Source: Tubulanus polymorphus
Taxonomy: Eukaryota > Animalia > Nemertea
Assembly (NCBI RefSeq): GCF_964204645.1
Contig: NC_134033.1
Location: forward strand, 9,680,655-9,744,654
Length of the DNA: 64,000 nucleotides
Reading direction: 5' to 3'
In this document: positions 10,685-20,211 of the stretch, piece after piece
Numbering within the stretch: position 1 is the stretch's first letter
Layout: each line of letters starts with the position of its first letter
Notes under the pieces: generated by a model
The model's input: only the letters and a program-made list of their open reading frames with translations
Databases searched by the model: none
What the model was told of the DNA's origin: nothing
Position numbers and translations under genes: made by a program

Positions 10685-12095
10685 ATGGAACCGGTGGTTT
10701 TAAAATCGTCAGACGGTTTGAAAACGGTGGACATCATCTCTATGTTATTGAAATTAAGAGGGTTAGATCTGAACGTAGATCGGCCTACAGCCTTCGCTAG
10801 GTTCGAAAGGCTTAAGCCACTAGAAGCGGCACCGAGGAAGTATGTGGATGATGCGGTATTTTCACTGACTGGTAAAAAGATGAGTGATCTGTTAACGCTG
10901 GTGGACTGGGAGGAGACGGAAGGTCCGCTGCTAGCGCACCACTTGATAATTTTCGCTAACGAGAACGCGAACAAGCTCCCTCAGGTACCAAAGAAAAGGA
11001 AGTCTGTGCCCGCACCTAGTACAAGCACGGTCGGTGCGGAGAGTGATGCGGTAACCCCAGATGGGGTTTCTGAACCGGTGAGTGTTTTTATTTTCTCAGT
11101 TTTATATCTGTATTTGTAGCCCCCGGGCTTGGTCGATAGGCCTGGACTGGGTAGATTTATCGGGAAATTAATAGACATTTGTTTAAAACATGTGTAGCTC
11201 TGTGCGTTTAAGGTTTATTGCTCTGGGCCTTGCACATACCAGGATTTAGTGGGTACAGAATGGGGATCTGTTTTGGTTATGTTAGAGGATTTTTCGTTTC
11301 CTTTACTGGAGGAGAAAGTTCATAGAGATTAGGTTTTTTAAAAGACAGCTTCTGAAAATGTAAGATGCAAGATGGAATGTAAAGATAACCCATTAAGATG
11401 TAGGTAATGGTATGAAGCAGAAGCATGAAACATTTAGGATGATAGATTTGACTATAGATTGTTCGTTAACCGAAATCATGGCGATCTTTTAAACTATTTA
11501 CTGCGAAGTCATGCTGATTAGTCTATATTTGTATTTATCTCGTGTGTTTCAGGACAAAAAATTGTTAAAGCGTCTGGAGGAACTCGAGAAGAAGGTTACA
11601 CATCCAGCTCGTTCAGTAGAGAGCGCTCTGATGCAGGTGAGGGCAGCGCTTCAAAGGCCGGGCTCTTTCTTTGATCCATACTTCCTTCTCGGTTGTATGG
11701 AAGGCTTTGTAGAGGTGGCAGCTGAAACCACAGATCCGAAAAAAGGGTATTTTGATTCTGTGCTGAAAAGTATCAAGAGAAATATCGATTCTCCAGACTT
11801 ACCTGCTTTGTGTAGGCGTTTGATTGGCTCCCCGGATGATGAAAAAGTGGCATCAGTGGAGGCAAAATGGGCTAAAAACCGGCACACAAACAATTATTAC
11901 CCAACTTACGGCTATTGGGGTGGGTCGGGTGTAGGCAAGGGATATGTTGGGCGCCGAGGTTACGGTACAAGGAGAGCAGGGAGAAGTTCTAGGGGGAATT
12001 GTTTCTTATGCCGCAAAGAGGGTCATTTTGTTCGCGACTGTCCTGAGAATAAGCAACCACAAGTGGTAACGAAGACTGAAAGTGAGGTTGTCTAA
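10685..12095 (+). CDS. gag: Gag-like protein with CCHC knuckle; predicted two exons (10685-11077 + 11553-12095, 311 aa)
   Basis: Donor CCG|GTGAGT at 11078 and acceptor TTTCAG|GAC at 11552, both phase 0. RG-rich segment followed by CFLCRKEGHFVRDC. Confidence 0.8.
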
Positions 12096-12322
12096 ATGAG
12101 TTAGAACCTGTTTGAATTTAGTTTTGGATGATACGTAATGTTATATTGTGTTGTTAAAGATGTTAAACAAGGTTATTTTCTCTCCATTAAATTGATCATA
12201 TGTTGGATAATTCATTTTGTTATCGGTTGTTTGTGATCGGTTGGCTTTGTTGTCACAGGCTATCTAAGTCTGTTGTCACGGCTTATGTCGTGCTGGCAAC
12301 GGGGCTGGACTGATGGACCTTA

Positions 12323-14515
12323 GTGTCTTTTCAGGATTTTGTTCCGTTGAAGATACCTGTGTGTAAAGACGTGTTTTGGGTTGGTGCTAGAGGTTCATCC
12401 GTCCAGTTACCGTTGCCTGAGGTCGTCTCAGCCGAGACCGTTTCGAAATCGGCGGACAAGTATAACAATTTGACAATTTTTGACCTGCCCCTCAGGGACC
12501 CGGAGAATTTCGTCGCAGGTGAACTGAACCGCCATCTGGAGGAATGGGAATTTATTCTACGGCAGTCACAGGATCCGTTGTCAGACACGATATTATCTTG
12601 GGTGCGAGATGGTGTTCATATCCCAGATTTCTTTAAGAGGTTTAAGGGTCAGTTTAAAGGCAAGACGTATGATTGTGATGCGCCCCCAAAAACGGTGTTC
12701 CCGAATGCTGGAAACTGCGAACAATTTGAACATTTCATTTCTACAACATTAAAAGGTCGGGTGGCTAATGGATCACTCAAGGTCTGGGGAAAGGTTGGGG
12801 TCGATCCACCCCCGCATTTAGTTATGCCCTTGACGGTTGAACCCACGAAACCCAGAATGTGCCACGACGAACGATTTCTAAATCTATGGATTCGGGACTC
12901 GCCTTTCCATTTGGAAACTTTGGTAAACGTACCTCGCATGCTACATAAAAGCGCGTTTATGACCTCTGTCGATGATAAAAGTGGTTACGACCACATCAGG
13001 GTAACACCGGGAAGTGAGGTGTATTTGGGAATCAGCTGGAAACGTTGGTATTACGTTTACACCGTTATTCCTTTTGGTTTTAAGGCCTCGGCCTATATAT
13101 ACCAGAAAACTGGCTTGGTTGCAACGGGTTACCTTCGAGACCTGGGAGTACAGATAACTCAATACATTGATGACCGTTTAAATGGGGAGCTTTTAAGTTC
13201 CTCGGCTAGGGGTTTAGAATCCATCACAAAGGCTAGGTTAGCTCTATATATGACGGCCCAAGTTTTAACAAGACTAGGGTATTTTCTAGGCCTCCTTAAA
13301 TGCGTCCTGGAACCGTGTCAGTTATTAAAGCATTTAGGCTTATTTGTTAACACTATAGAGGAACGTTTTGAGATCCCAAATGATAAGGTGGTAAAATTTG
13401 CCATTTTAAGGGACAATATTTTATCGTCCGAATTCGTTAACATTAAAACCATTCAGCGGTTTGTGGGTAAGATCATATCCTTCTCGTTGGTTGTACCAGC
13501 TGCGAAGCTTTATACAAGGAAGTCAAACTTAGCTATTTCTAAGGCATTCAGAAACTCGAGACTCATTAGGGTTGAGGGCAATCTCAGAACTGAGATAGAG
13601 TACTGGAAGATAATTGAATGTTTGCCAAGGGTGGTAAGGTGGCGCCAAGAGTGGCATGTCAGAATTCAGATGTATACGGACGCATCCTCTTATAGATGGG
13701 GTGGGATAGTCACGATTGGTGAGCAGAGGTTTGAGCCCTCCGATTATTGGCCACAGGAGCTGGTACAAAAACCCATTGTAATAAAGGAAACCCTGGCACT
13801 TAAAAACGTTTTAATGGTGGTTTCTGATAAAATAAGAGACAGTAGAGTAGACGCTTTTGTAGATAATAAAACTATGATTGCGGCATGGGTTGGTGAAGGT
13901 TCCAAATCACATGATCTGTCAGAAGCAATTAAGCTTTTGTTTGAACTAACAGCAGAACAAAATGTGTTGTTGAAATTGCATTATGTACCGTCAAAAGAGA
14001 ATCTAGCAGACGCTCCCTCGCGAATTTTGCGAAAATCGGAATGTATGTTATCTCCGCGTATATGGCAGCTCGTGCAACGTGAATATGGGGGTGAAAACGG
14101 ACACTCGGTTGATTTGATGCCCCTTGATTCGAACGTAATGGTAGATTTGTCAGGCTCTCCACTACGACATTTTACGCCAACGCCATCTACTGATTCTTGT
14201 GGTGTAGATCTGTTCGCACAAAATCTATGCGACGAGGTTAATCCATATGTGTTTCCGCCAGTTTCTAAGATACCGGCGGTTTTACGATTCTTGGCAGCCG
14301 CAGTCAAAGAAGCATCTATCGTCATTCCAGAAATCTTTCCGAGGCCATTCTGGTGGCCTTTGGTAACCTCTCATGCATCCAAACGTCGCCTGCTTGGCAA
14401 AAAGGGAGATGTGGGTGTTTTGAAATATCCGACTAAAAAAGGTTTTGTGGAGGATACAGTAGGCATCCCGTGGGATCTGTTTGTTTATAGGATAGATTTT
14501 GATAGATTAGATTGA
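12323..14515 (+). CDS. pol: Reverse transcriptase - RNase H - methyltransferase-like (MT) polyprotein
   Basis: DDKSGYDH, IPFG, YIDD (RT); YTDAS, KE, VDN, NLADAPSR (RNase H); VDLM..DSN, GVDLFAQ, YVFPP, FWWP (Dam-like MT domain of DIRS/PAT). A probable 5' extension from the acceptor at 12258 is blocked by TGA at 12311. Confidence 0.93.
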   Translation: MSFQDFVPLKIPVCKDVFWVGARGSSVQLPLPEVVSAETVSKSADKYNNLTIFDLPLRDPENFVAGELNRHLEEWEFILRQSQDPLSDTILSWVRDGVHIPDFFKRFKGQFKGKTYDCDAPPKTVFPNAGNCEQFEHFISTTLKGRVANGSLKVWGKVGVDPPPHLVMPLTVEPTKPRMCHDERFLNLWIRDSPFHLETLVNVPRMLHKSAFMTSVDDKSGYDHIRVTPGSEVYLGISWKRWYYVYTVIPFGFKASAYIYQKTGLVATGYLRDLGVQITQYIDDRLNGELLSSSARGLESITKARLALYMTAQVLTRLGYFLGLLKCVLEPCQLLKHLGLFVNTIEERFEIPNDKVVKFAILRDNILSSEFVNIKTIQRFVGKIISFSLVVPAAKLYTRKSNLAISKAFRNSRLIRVEGNLRTEIEYWKIIECLPRVVRWRQEWHVRIQMYTDASSYRWGGIVTIGEQRFEPSDYWPQELVQKPIVIKETLALKNVLMVVSDKIRDSRVDAFVDNKTMIAAWVGEGSKSHDLSEAIKLLFELTAEQNVLLKLHYVPSKENLADAPSRILRKSECMLSPRIWQLVQREYGGENGHSVDLMPLDSNVMVDLSGSPLRHFTPTPSTDSCGVDLFAQNLCDEVNPYVFPPVSKIPAVLRFLAAAVKEASIVIPEIFPRPFWWPLVTSHASKRRLLGKKGDVGVLKYPTKKGFVEDTVGIPWDLFVYRIDFDRLD

Positions 14516-14702
14516 AAGATTAAATTGACATGTTTTCCTGAGCGATAACATGGTGTTGCGTAACGGTGGTCTTTATTTTCTACTCTGATCTATGCACGGT
14601 AAAATCCGGATGCATAACTCTGCTTTTACGTTAATAAACGCTTTGTCTTTTCTGATATACCTCGTTTGTTATGGTTCTTTTAAGATCTGTCATATTTTAC
14701 AG

Positions 14703-16040
14703 GATCTGTCTCTGCATCACGAGAACCATTGTGCGGACTGTGGACATCGCTCGCGACAGCACTCAAATTTCTGCTACAATTGTGGTTCAGAGTTAAGCAA
14801 TGCGGATGGCGAGAACGGTACATTGCTAGCCTTACCATTAAAAGATTTGGATGCCCGGTTAAAATCTATGTCAGAGAGTGAGCGCAACTCTGTTTATGGC
14901 CGAAAGAAGTCAAAACTGGAAGAAGATTTGGTCTTGTTCCTCAGGTCACTGCGCCCATCGAGATCCTTGTTGACGGCATCACCTAGGGATATCTGTAGGT
15001 TCATGGTATTCAGGGATGCTCGGGGTAAAACAGTAGTACACTCTTTAACCTGTCCGGTACGAGGTTGGAAAGCAGTCTCGAAGGCCTCACCAAGAACCGG
15101 TGGTTGTTTATGCCCCAAAAGACTGGCAGCCGGAACGGTCGATTCCTATCTGGGTCAGATAAGGGCAATATTTAACTCGATTGGTAAAATTGGCTGTTGG
15201 CATCCCGAGCGCGGAACTGGGAATCCTACCATATCAGAAGAGGTAAAACAATACCTGAGAGTGACTAAGAAGGAGCAATCGGTGGCCATGATCACCCCTA
15301 AACAAGCCGTCCCAATGTACCTTAGCAAATTGACGGCAATGATTCTCTGTATTGATAAACGCTTGGCTGTCCCAGATTTACCCGCGGTAACGGAGTATAT
15401 TTTAGCAAGGGACCAGGCTTTCTTCAAACTTGATTTTCTAACAGGACATAGGGCGGCAGACTTAGGTCGGTTTTTGACAGATGGGATCTCTCAGAGTGAC
15501 GATGGAAGGGTAATCATTTTAAATCTAACGTTCGGGAAAACACTGCGGGATGGTTCGGTTTTGACATCCGTAGTTACTCGTTTTAACAACCCGGTTCTGT
15601 GCCCGGTTTTGGCGATTGAAAGGTATTTTGCTGTTGTAAAGGCGCTTGGAGTTGACCTTGGAGGGGGTAACTTATTCCGGATAACGAATAAAGGGGGCGC
15701 TATCGTTAATAACGGACTCGACTCGAATGCGGTGGGAAGCCGTTTGAAAACTTACCTAAAAGAAATTTGTACGTATGACGGTGAGACCCCGCATAGTTTC
15801 AGGGTTGGATGCTCCGTTATGTTGGCTTCTTTGGGCCATACATCTAAAGAGGTGACTTCTTATATTGGTTGGAAGCATCAGTCCATGGCAAAGCATTACA
15901 CCAAACATGCTTGTGTGATGCAGGGTAAAGTCTCTGACTCTCTCGGTCAAGCTATGGGACAGTTAACCGATAAAAGTGTAGAATCATATCGCCTGAATAA
16001 TGCTACAAGCGGGTTTAAACCAATGTTTTCATCCATGTAG
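14703..16040 (+). CDS. Tyrosine recombinase with N-terminal zinc ribbon and ALOG-type DNA-binding domain
   Basis: CADC..CYNC; GKTVVH..C...CLCPKRLAAGTVDSYLGQIRAIF..NP..V.QYL (ALOG); catalytic R (GHRAADL), K (FGKT), HSFR, GW, Y (KHY) all present. Acceptor TTTTACAG at 14702; the open frame begins at 14592. Confidence 0.93.
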   Translation, partial: DLSLHHENHCADCGHRSRQHSNFCYNCGSELSNADGENGTLLALPLKDLDARLKSMSESERNSVYGRKKSKLEEDLVLFLRSLRPSRSLLTASPRDICRFMVFRDARGKTVVHSLTCPVRGWKAVSKASPRTGGCLCPKRLAAGTVDSYLGQIRAIFNSIGKIGCWHPERGTGNPTISEEVKQYLRVTKKEQSVAMITPKQAVPMYLSKLTAMILCIDKRLAVPDLPAVTEYILARDQAFFKLDFLTGHRAADLGRFLTDGISQSDDGRVIILNLTFGKTLRDGSVLTSVVTRFNNPVLCPVLAIERYFAVVKALGVDLGGGNLFRITNKGGAIVNNGLDSNAVGSRLKTYLKEICTYDGETPHSFRVGCSVMLASLGHTSKEVTSYIGWKHQSMAKHYTKHACVMQGKVSDSLGQAMGQLTDKSVESYRLNNATSGFKPMFSSM

Positions 16041-16310
16041 GTTCTACGTACGCCAATTTATATCGATAAGAAACTAGACGCTAATACGAATTTTGTATAT
16101 TAATATACCCGATTTCTAAGGCGGGTCTAAATAAATCGACTTCGGATGCATATTCTGTCTTCTGATTTTTGGCCTCGTTTCACTCGGCCTAGTATAGTTG
16201 GGGTTTGGGTGTAGTTGTGGAAAGGTTTTTAGTATTTGTTGTGGTTATCAGTAAGGGGTTGGGTCGTTTTTTATCCCCAATCACTACATAACCGCGGAAC
16301 GAGAAACCAC

Positions 16311-16346
16311 TGATCAGTGTGGATATTATACTATCCACACTGATCA
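16311..16346. other. Putative loxP/FRT-like recombination site (internal copy of the circle junction)
   Basis: TGATCAGTGTGGAT-ATTATACT-ATCCACACTGATCA: perfect 14-bp inverted arms with an 8-bp spacer, exactly at the B1/A2 junction. Confidence 0.75.
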
Positions 16347-16574
16347 TGTGACACTAGTGACGCGGTCACTTCTTAGTTTGCGGAAGATGGGGAGTCGAGT
16401 GTGACAGGTGTGCCTTGTACAGTGGAGGGAATGGGCCAATTAAATACAGGATGGGTTAAGATATTTAAAAAAAAAAAACCCAGCGTATGTGGCTACTTGT
16501 TCCGGGTTTCGTTTTTTATCCCCAATCACTACATAACCGTGGAACGAGAAACCACTGATCAGTGTGGATATTAT

Positions 16575-17427
16575 ACTATCATACCCCATCAATTTTTTCA
16601 AATTCTCTACCGAAATTTCTTCTTCAAATTCTTTATTATTTTTATACTTATTCTTCACCCTTTTTACCGCATCATCAATAGTTGTTTCATTGTTATGCTT
16701 ATTCATCCAATCAAATTTATCATTATTTTCTACTTTATGTTTCATAGAATCTTTAATATCAATATGCTTATCTGTAACTATATTTTCATTGTCATCTTTC
16801 TTAGTGTTTGACCTTAATATTGTATTTACAATGCTTGATTCTAATATTTTTTAGCAGCAGATAAATCTAATTCATCTTTATTAGGTGTTGCTAATAATAA
16901 ATCTTCCTATAATTCTTTACCATTTACTTTTTTATTTGAAACAAACTTTGTAACATATCTAAATGGGTGTTCTATAAATTCTCTTAAACCAACACGTTCT
17001 ATAACATTAGTAATATGTATCCTTGTATTCATATGTTTATTCCAATTTGATGGAGCGTTTGAAAATTCACCTTTACAATAATCACAATAATTTCTTTTTT
17101 CACTGATATTTAATATTATTTCATTATTTGATGTAGAAAGTATTACATTATTAGATGTAGAAGGTATTACATTATTAGATGTAGTAGGTATTGCATTATT
17201 AGATGTAGAAGGTATTACATTATTAGATGTGGAAGGTATTACATTATTATCAATTACATTACTTAAATTATCAACAACTTCACTATTTCTATTAGTTTAG
17301 TTTTATAAATTTTGAAAATAGGATCAAATATCAAAGCTATATTACCAGGTATTACATAATATAAACCATCATTATTTTCATGTGTATCGATGTACGGAAT
17401 ATGTTAATATACTTTACGTCCTTCCAT
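16575..17427 (-). pseudogene. Polinton ORF with 5x NNVIPSTS repeat and a C2H2 zinc finger; its last codons lie at 9419-9429
   Basis: TAAATG start at 17427; 24-bp repeat at 17129-17250; YCDYCKGEFSNAPSNWNKHMNTRIH; several frameshifts/stops. Removing the retroelement gives ...KKLMGYDSVSD*. Confidence 0.7.
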
Positions 17428-17459
17428 TTATTATATAAATTTTTATTAAAGTTAAAATT

Positions 17460-18706
17460 CTAATACATAACACTATTTAATTGAGAATTTACAATATTTA
17501 ATTGCGCGTCATATATAATATAAATGTGCATTTTGAAATTTTTGATTCCTTTATTCTTTGTCATGAGTAATTGTATTTCATCTTAAGTGTTCTGTAGTTT
17601 TTTTTCCAGAACCATGTAATGAATTATCCTCTGTTGTTCTAAAATCTATCCATAATGCATATTTATTACCGGTATAATAATCAATTTGATTAATATTACA
17701 ATTTTCAGATGATTTCACTTTTTCATTCATAAAATGTTTTCTAATTTCTGGCCATTGATCAATCATTCTCATTCCTTGACAAAATATTTTATTTGCTATT
17801 CCTTCGATAGTTATTTCTACTTTTGTTATTTCAGGATTATAATAATTATCAACATTTATTGCGCCATTAGTATATGTTGCAATGGTAAAAATATTAATAT
17901 ACCTTTAATAGATCTTCTTGGGAAGTTAATATTCTCATTAATTATTTCATCATTTGCATTAATAGTTACAGTTTTAAATTTATCAATATAATCATATAAT
18001 AATGAAAATCCTTGATTGTATTTAGTTTGAATTATACTTGAAATATTTTCATCAGTTACTGTATCATATTCTAAACATATATTCGATAATTTTAAACCAT
18101 ATCTTTATTAACGCTAGATATTACAATTTCATTAACAGGAGCAAATGTTATTTCGAATATAACGTCTTCTTGAATTGCGTATTTACATAAAGGCGCATTA
18201 TTATTTATCAATTCAAAGTCTAATGGAATTTTATATTTGCTTCCATGTATACTTTTTATCAATTTATCTATAGCATTAGTTAATATTGCATTATGTGCTT
18301 CTGATCTTAATTTATTTTGGTTTTCTGATTGGATTCCTTGAAATATCATATTATTTCTATTTTCTTTAGTTAACCATAAATCTTTATAATGCATAAATAA
18401 ATTATAATCATCTAATGAGAAAACTGTTTCTGGGCCAATCTTTATTGTTAATTTTCTAATCAAATATCTTCCAACATTATCAACAACATAATTATTATCA
18501 TTACCGATTACTTTTATATCGGCTGATAAATAAATACTATTTGGAACATAAAAAGTATTTTGTGTTAATCTAGGAATTCTAACATATAAAGTTTCATCAG
18601 GATTAATGTTAGAAGGATTATGTGTAATTATATGATGCGATCTTTCTGCTTTAATAGCATTAGATATTCTATGATTCTTAGAAGGATTGATATAACTCCC
18701 ACTCAT
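17460..18706 (-). pseudogene. Major capsid protein (double jelly-roll, adintovirus type), frameshifted
   Basis: IITHNPSNI...LYVRIPRL, DNVGR, YKDLWLT..R.N..FQGI, then LSNICLEYDTV, NINFPRRSIKGILI, YALWIDFRT.EDNSLHGSG, DAQLNI in shifted frames. Confidence 0.85.
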
Positions 18707-18726
18707 TTATTTAACAACAAAATTAA

Positions 18727-20196
18727 TTATTTATTTTTTATCATGTTTACTAAACCAAAAATAATTGCACATACAACTGTAATTAAAAATAAAATAATAT
18801 GTTCAGCAGCAAAGTTAATAATGTTTTTTGCAGATTTCAATATAAAACTAACAATTGATGCAATAACACCTGGCAATGCTGCAGCAGATTTTTTAGATAG
18901 TTCCCATATATATTTTGCTAATTTCTTTAAACCATCTTTAACTTTATCTTGTATAGAATTATTATCTGGAGGTTTATCTGGTTTATTGGGAGTAGAAGTA
19001 GATTTCAGTGAATTTGATATAGCTAAACCTATTGTTGTAAATAACATAGTTACAGCTGTTAGAATTGAAAGAATTGTTATTCCTTCTAATTTAAATAACA
19101 ATTTTATTCTATCTTTCAATGATATTTCAGAATCTGGTTTCATCAACAAATCTTTAAAAATAACTTTTAATCTATTTATATTATAATCATATGATTTTAA
19201 CAATAATTCAATTTCTTCTTTTTGTAATTCTATGTTATATTCTAAATCATCTTTTTCTTTTTCTAAACGTAATTCTTTTTGCCTATATTCTATTTCATCA
19301 ATTGCTTGACGATCTAAATCAGACTTTAATTGGTCTATTTCTTTATTTTTATCAGTTAATTCTTTTTCTAAAGTTCTAATTTTAAAATCTCTTATACTTT
19401 TATCATGCGCAATTTTATCAGATGCAAGTCTTATACTTTTAATTTCTCTAATTGCTTCATCAGAAAATATATTATTTAAATCTTCTAATAGTTGATCTGT
19501 TGCATCAATTAATCCATTCGGTAAAAGTTTTTCAATTGGAACTTTATTTGATTTAAGTTTACTAGTTTTGGAAGTTATATTCTGTTCAGAAGTTGTTTCT
19601 GTTTCTGAATTTTTATTGATTATTTTTAATAAGTCATCAATTCTTTGACTAAATTCTAGTATATTATCATCTCTTTCTTCTTGTGTAACATCAGTTATTT
19701 CATTACTATTACTTATTCTCTTAATTATAAATGTTTCTAAATTTTTCAAAGTTGATTCCGCTAATATTTTAGTTAGTCTTGTCCTTTGATAAGTGATATC
19801 AATATAATAATCACCATCCAAATGATAATAATATTTACCTTTAAAAAGTTTTAAATTTTCTACTAAAAGTCTGGCGCCTCTATCATTTATATTATACCCA
19901 GACCTTTCAAATACAGGTTGGAAATTATATATAAATTCATTATTTTCTAAATCTTGTCTTGATAAACCTTGATTTTCAGGATTTATTCTCGATCTAGTTC
20001 TTCTAATATAATCCTCAGTTGATGGGGCTTTAGAACCACTATTTGCTAAATTAGAATTATATGCTGATTCATTACCATCATCAATACTAGTTTCATTAAG
20101 ATTAGCACCTGCATCATTATAATCATCATCAATATATCCTTCATTATTATTTCCCATGTCACCCAATGGAATATCTTCTCCACCTTCTACATCCAT
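18727..20196 (-). CDS. Coiled-coil protein with C-terminal transmembrane/amphipathic helices (putative membrane-active virion protein)
   Basis: Intact 489-aa ORF with TAAATG start: acidic N-terminus, heptad coiled coil, LKDRIKLLFK.EGITILSILTA..., LPGVIASIVSFILK..AEH.ILFLITVV. Confidence 0.75.
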   Translation of the reverse strand: MDVEGGEDIPLGDMGNNNEGYIDDDYNDAGANLNETSIDDGNESAYNSNLANSGSKAPSTEDYIRRTRSRINPENQGLSRQDLENNEFIYNFQPVFERSGYNINDRGARLLVENLKLFKGKYYYHLDGDYYIDITYQRTRLTKILAESTLKNLETFIIKRISNSNEITDVTQEERDDNILEFSQRIDDLLKIINKNSETETTSEQNITSKTSKLKSNKVPIEKLLPNGLIDATDQLLEDLNNIFSDEAIREIKSIRLASDKIAHDKSIRDFKIRTLEKELTDKNKEIDQLKSDLDRQAIDEIEYRQKELRLEKEKDDLEYNIELQKEEIELLLKSYDYNINRLKVIFKDLLMKPDSEISLKDRIKLLFKLEGITILSILTAVTMLFTTIGLAISNSLKSTSTPNKPDKPPDNNSIQDKVKDGLKKLAKYIWELSKKSAAALPGVIASIVSFILKSAKNIINFAAEHIILFLITVVCAIIFGLVNMIKNK

Positions 20197-20211
20197 TTAC
20201 ATAAAAAAAAA

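Larger units (their letters stand above)
9430..16580 (+). mobile_element. Tyrosine-recombinase retrotransposon (DIRS order, PAT-like) with split direct repeats A1...B1-A2...B2
   Basis: A1 9430-9481 equals A2 16330-16381 (52/52). B1 16264-16335 matches B2 16509-16580 (71/72). Encodes gag, RT-RNaseH-MT and YR. The flanks rejoin into a continuous Polinton ORF. Confidence 0.95.
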
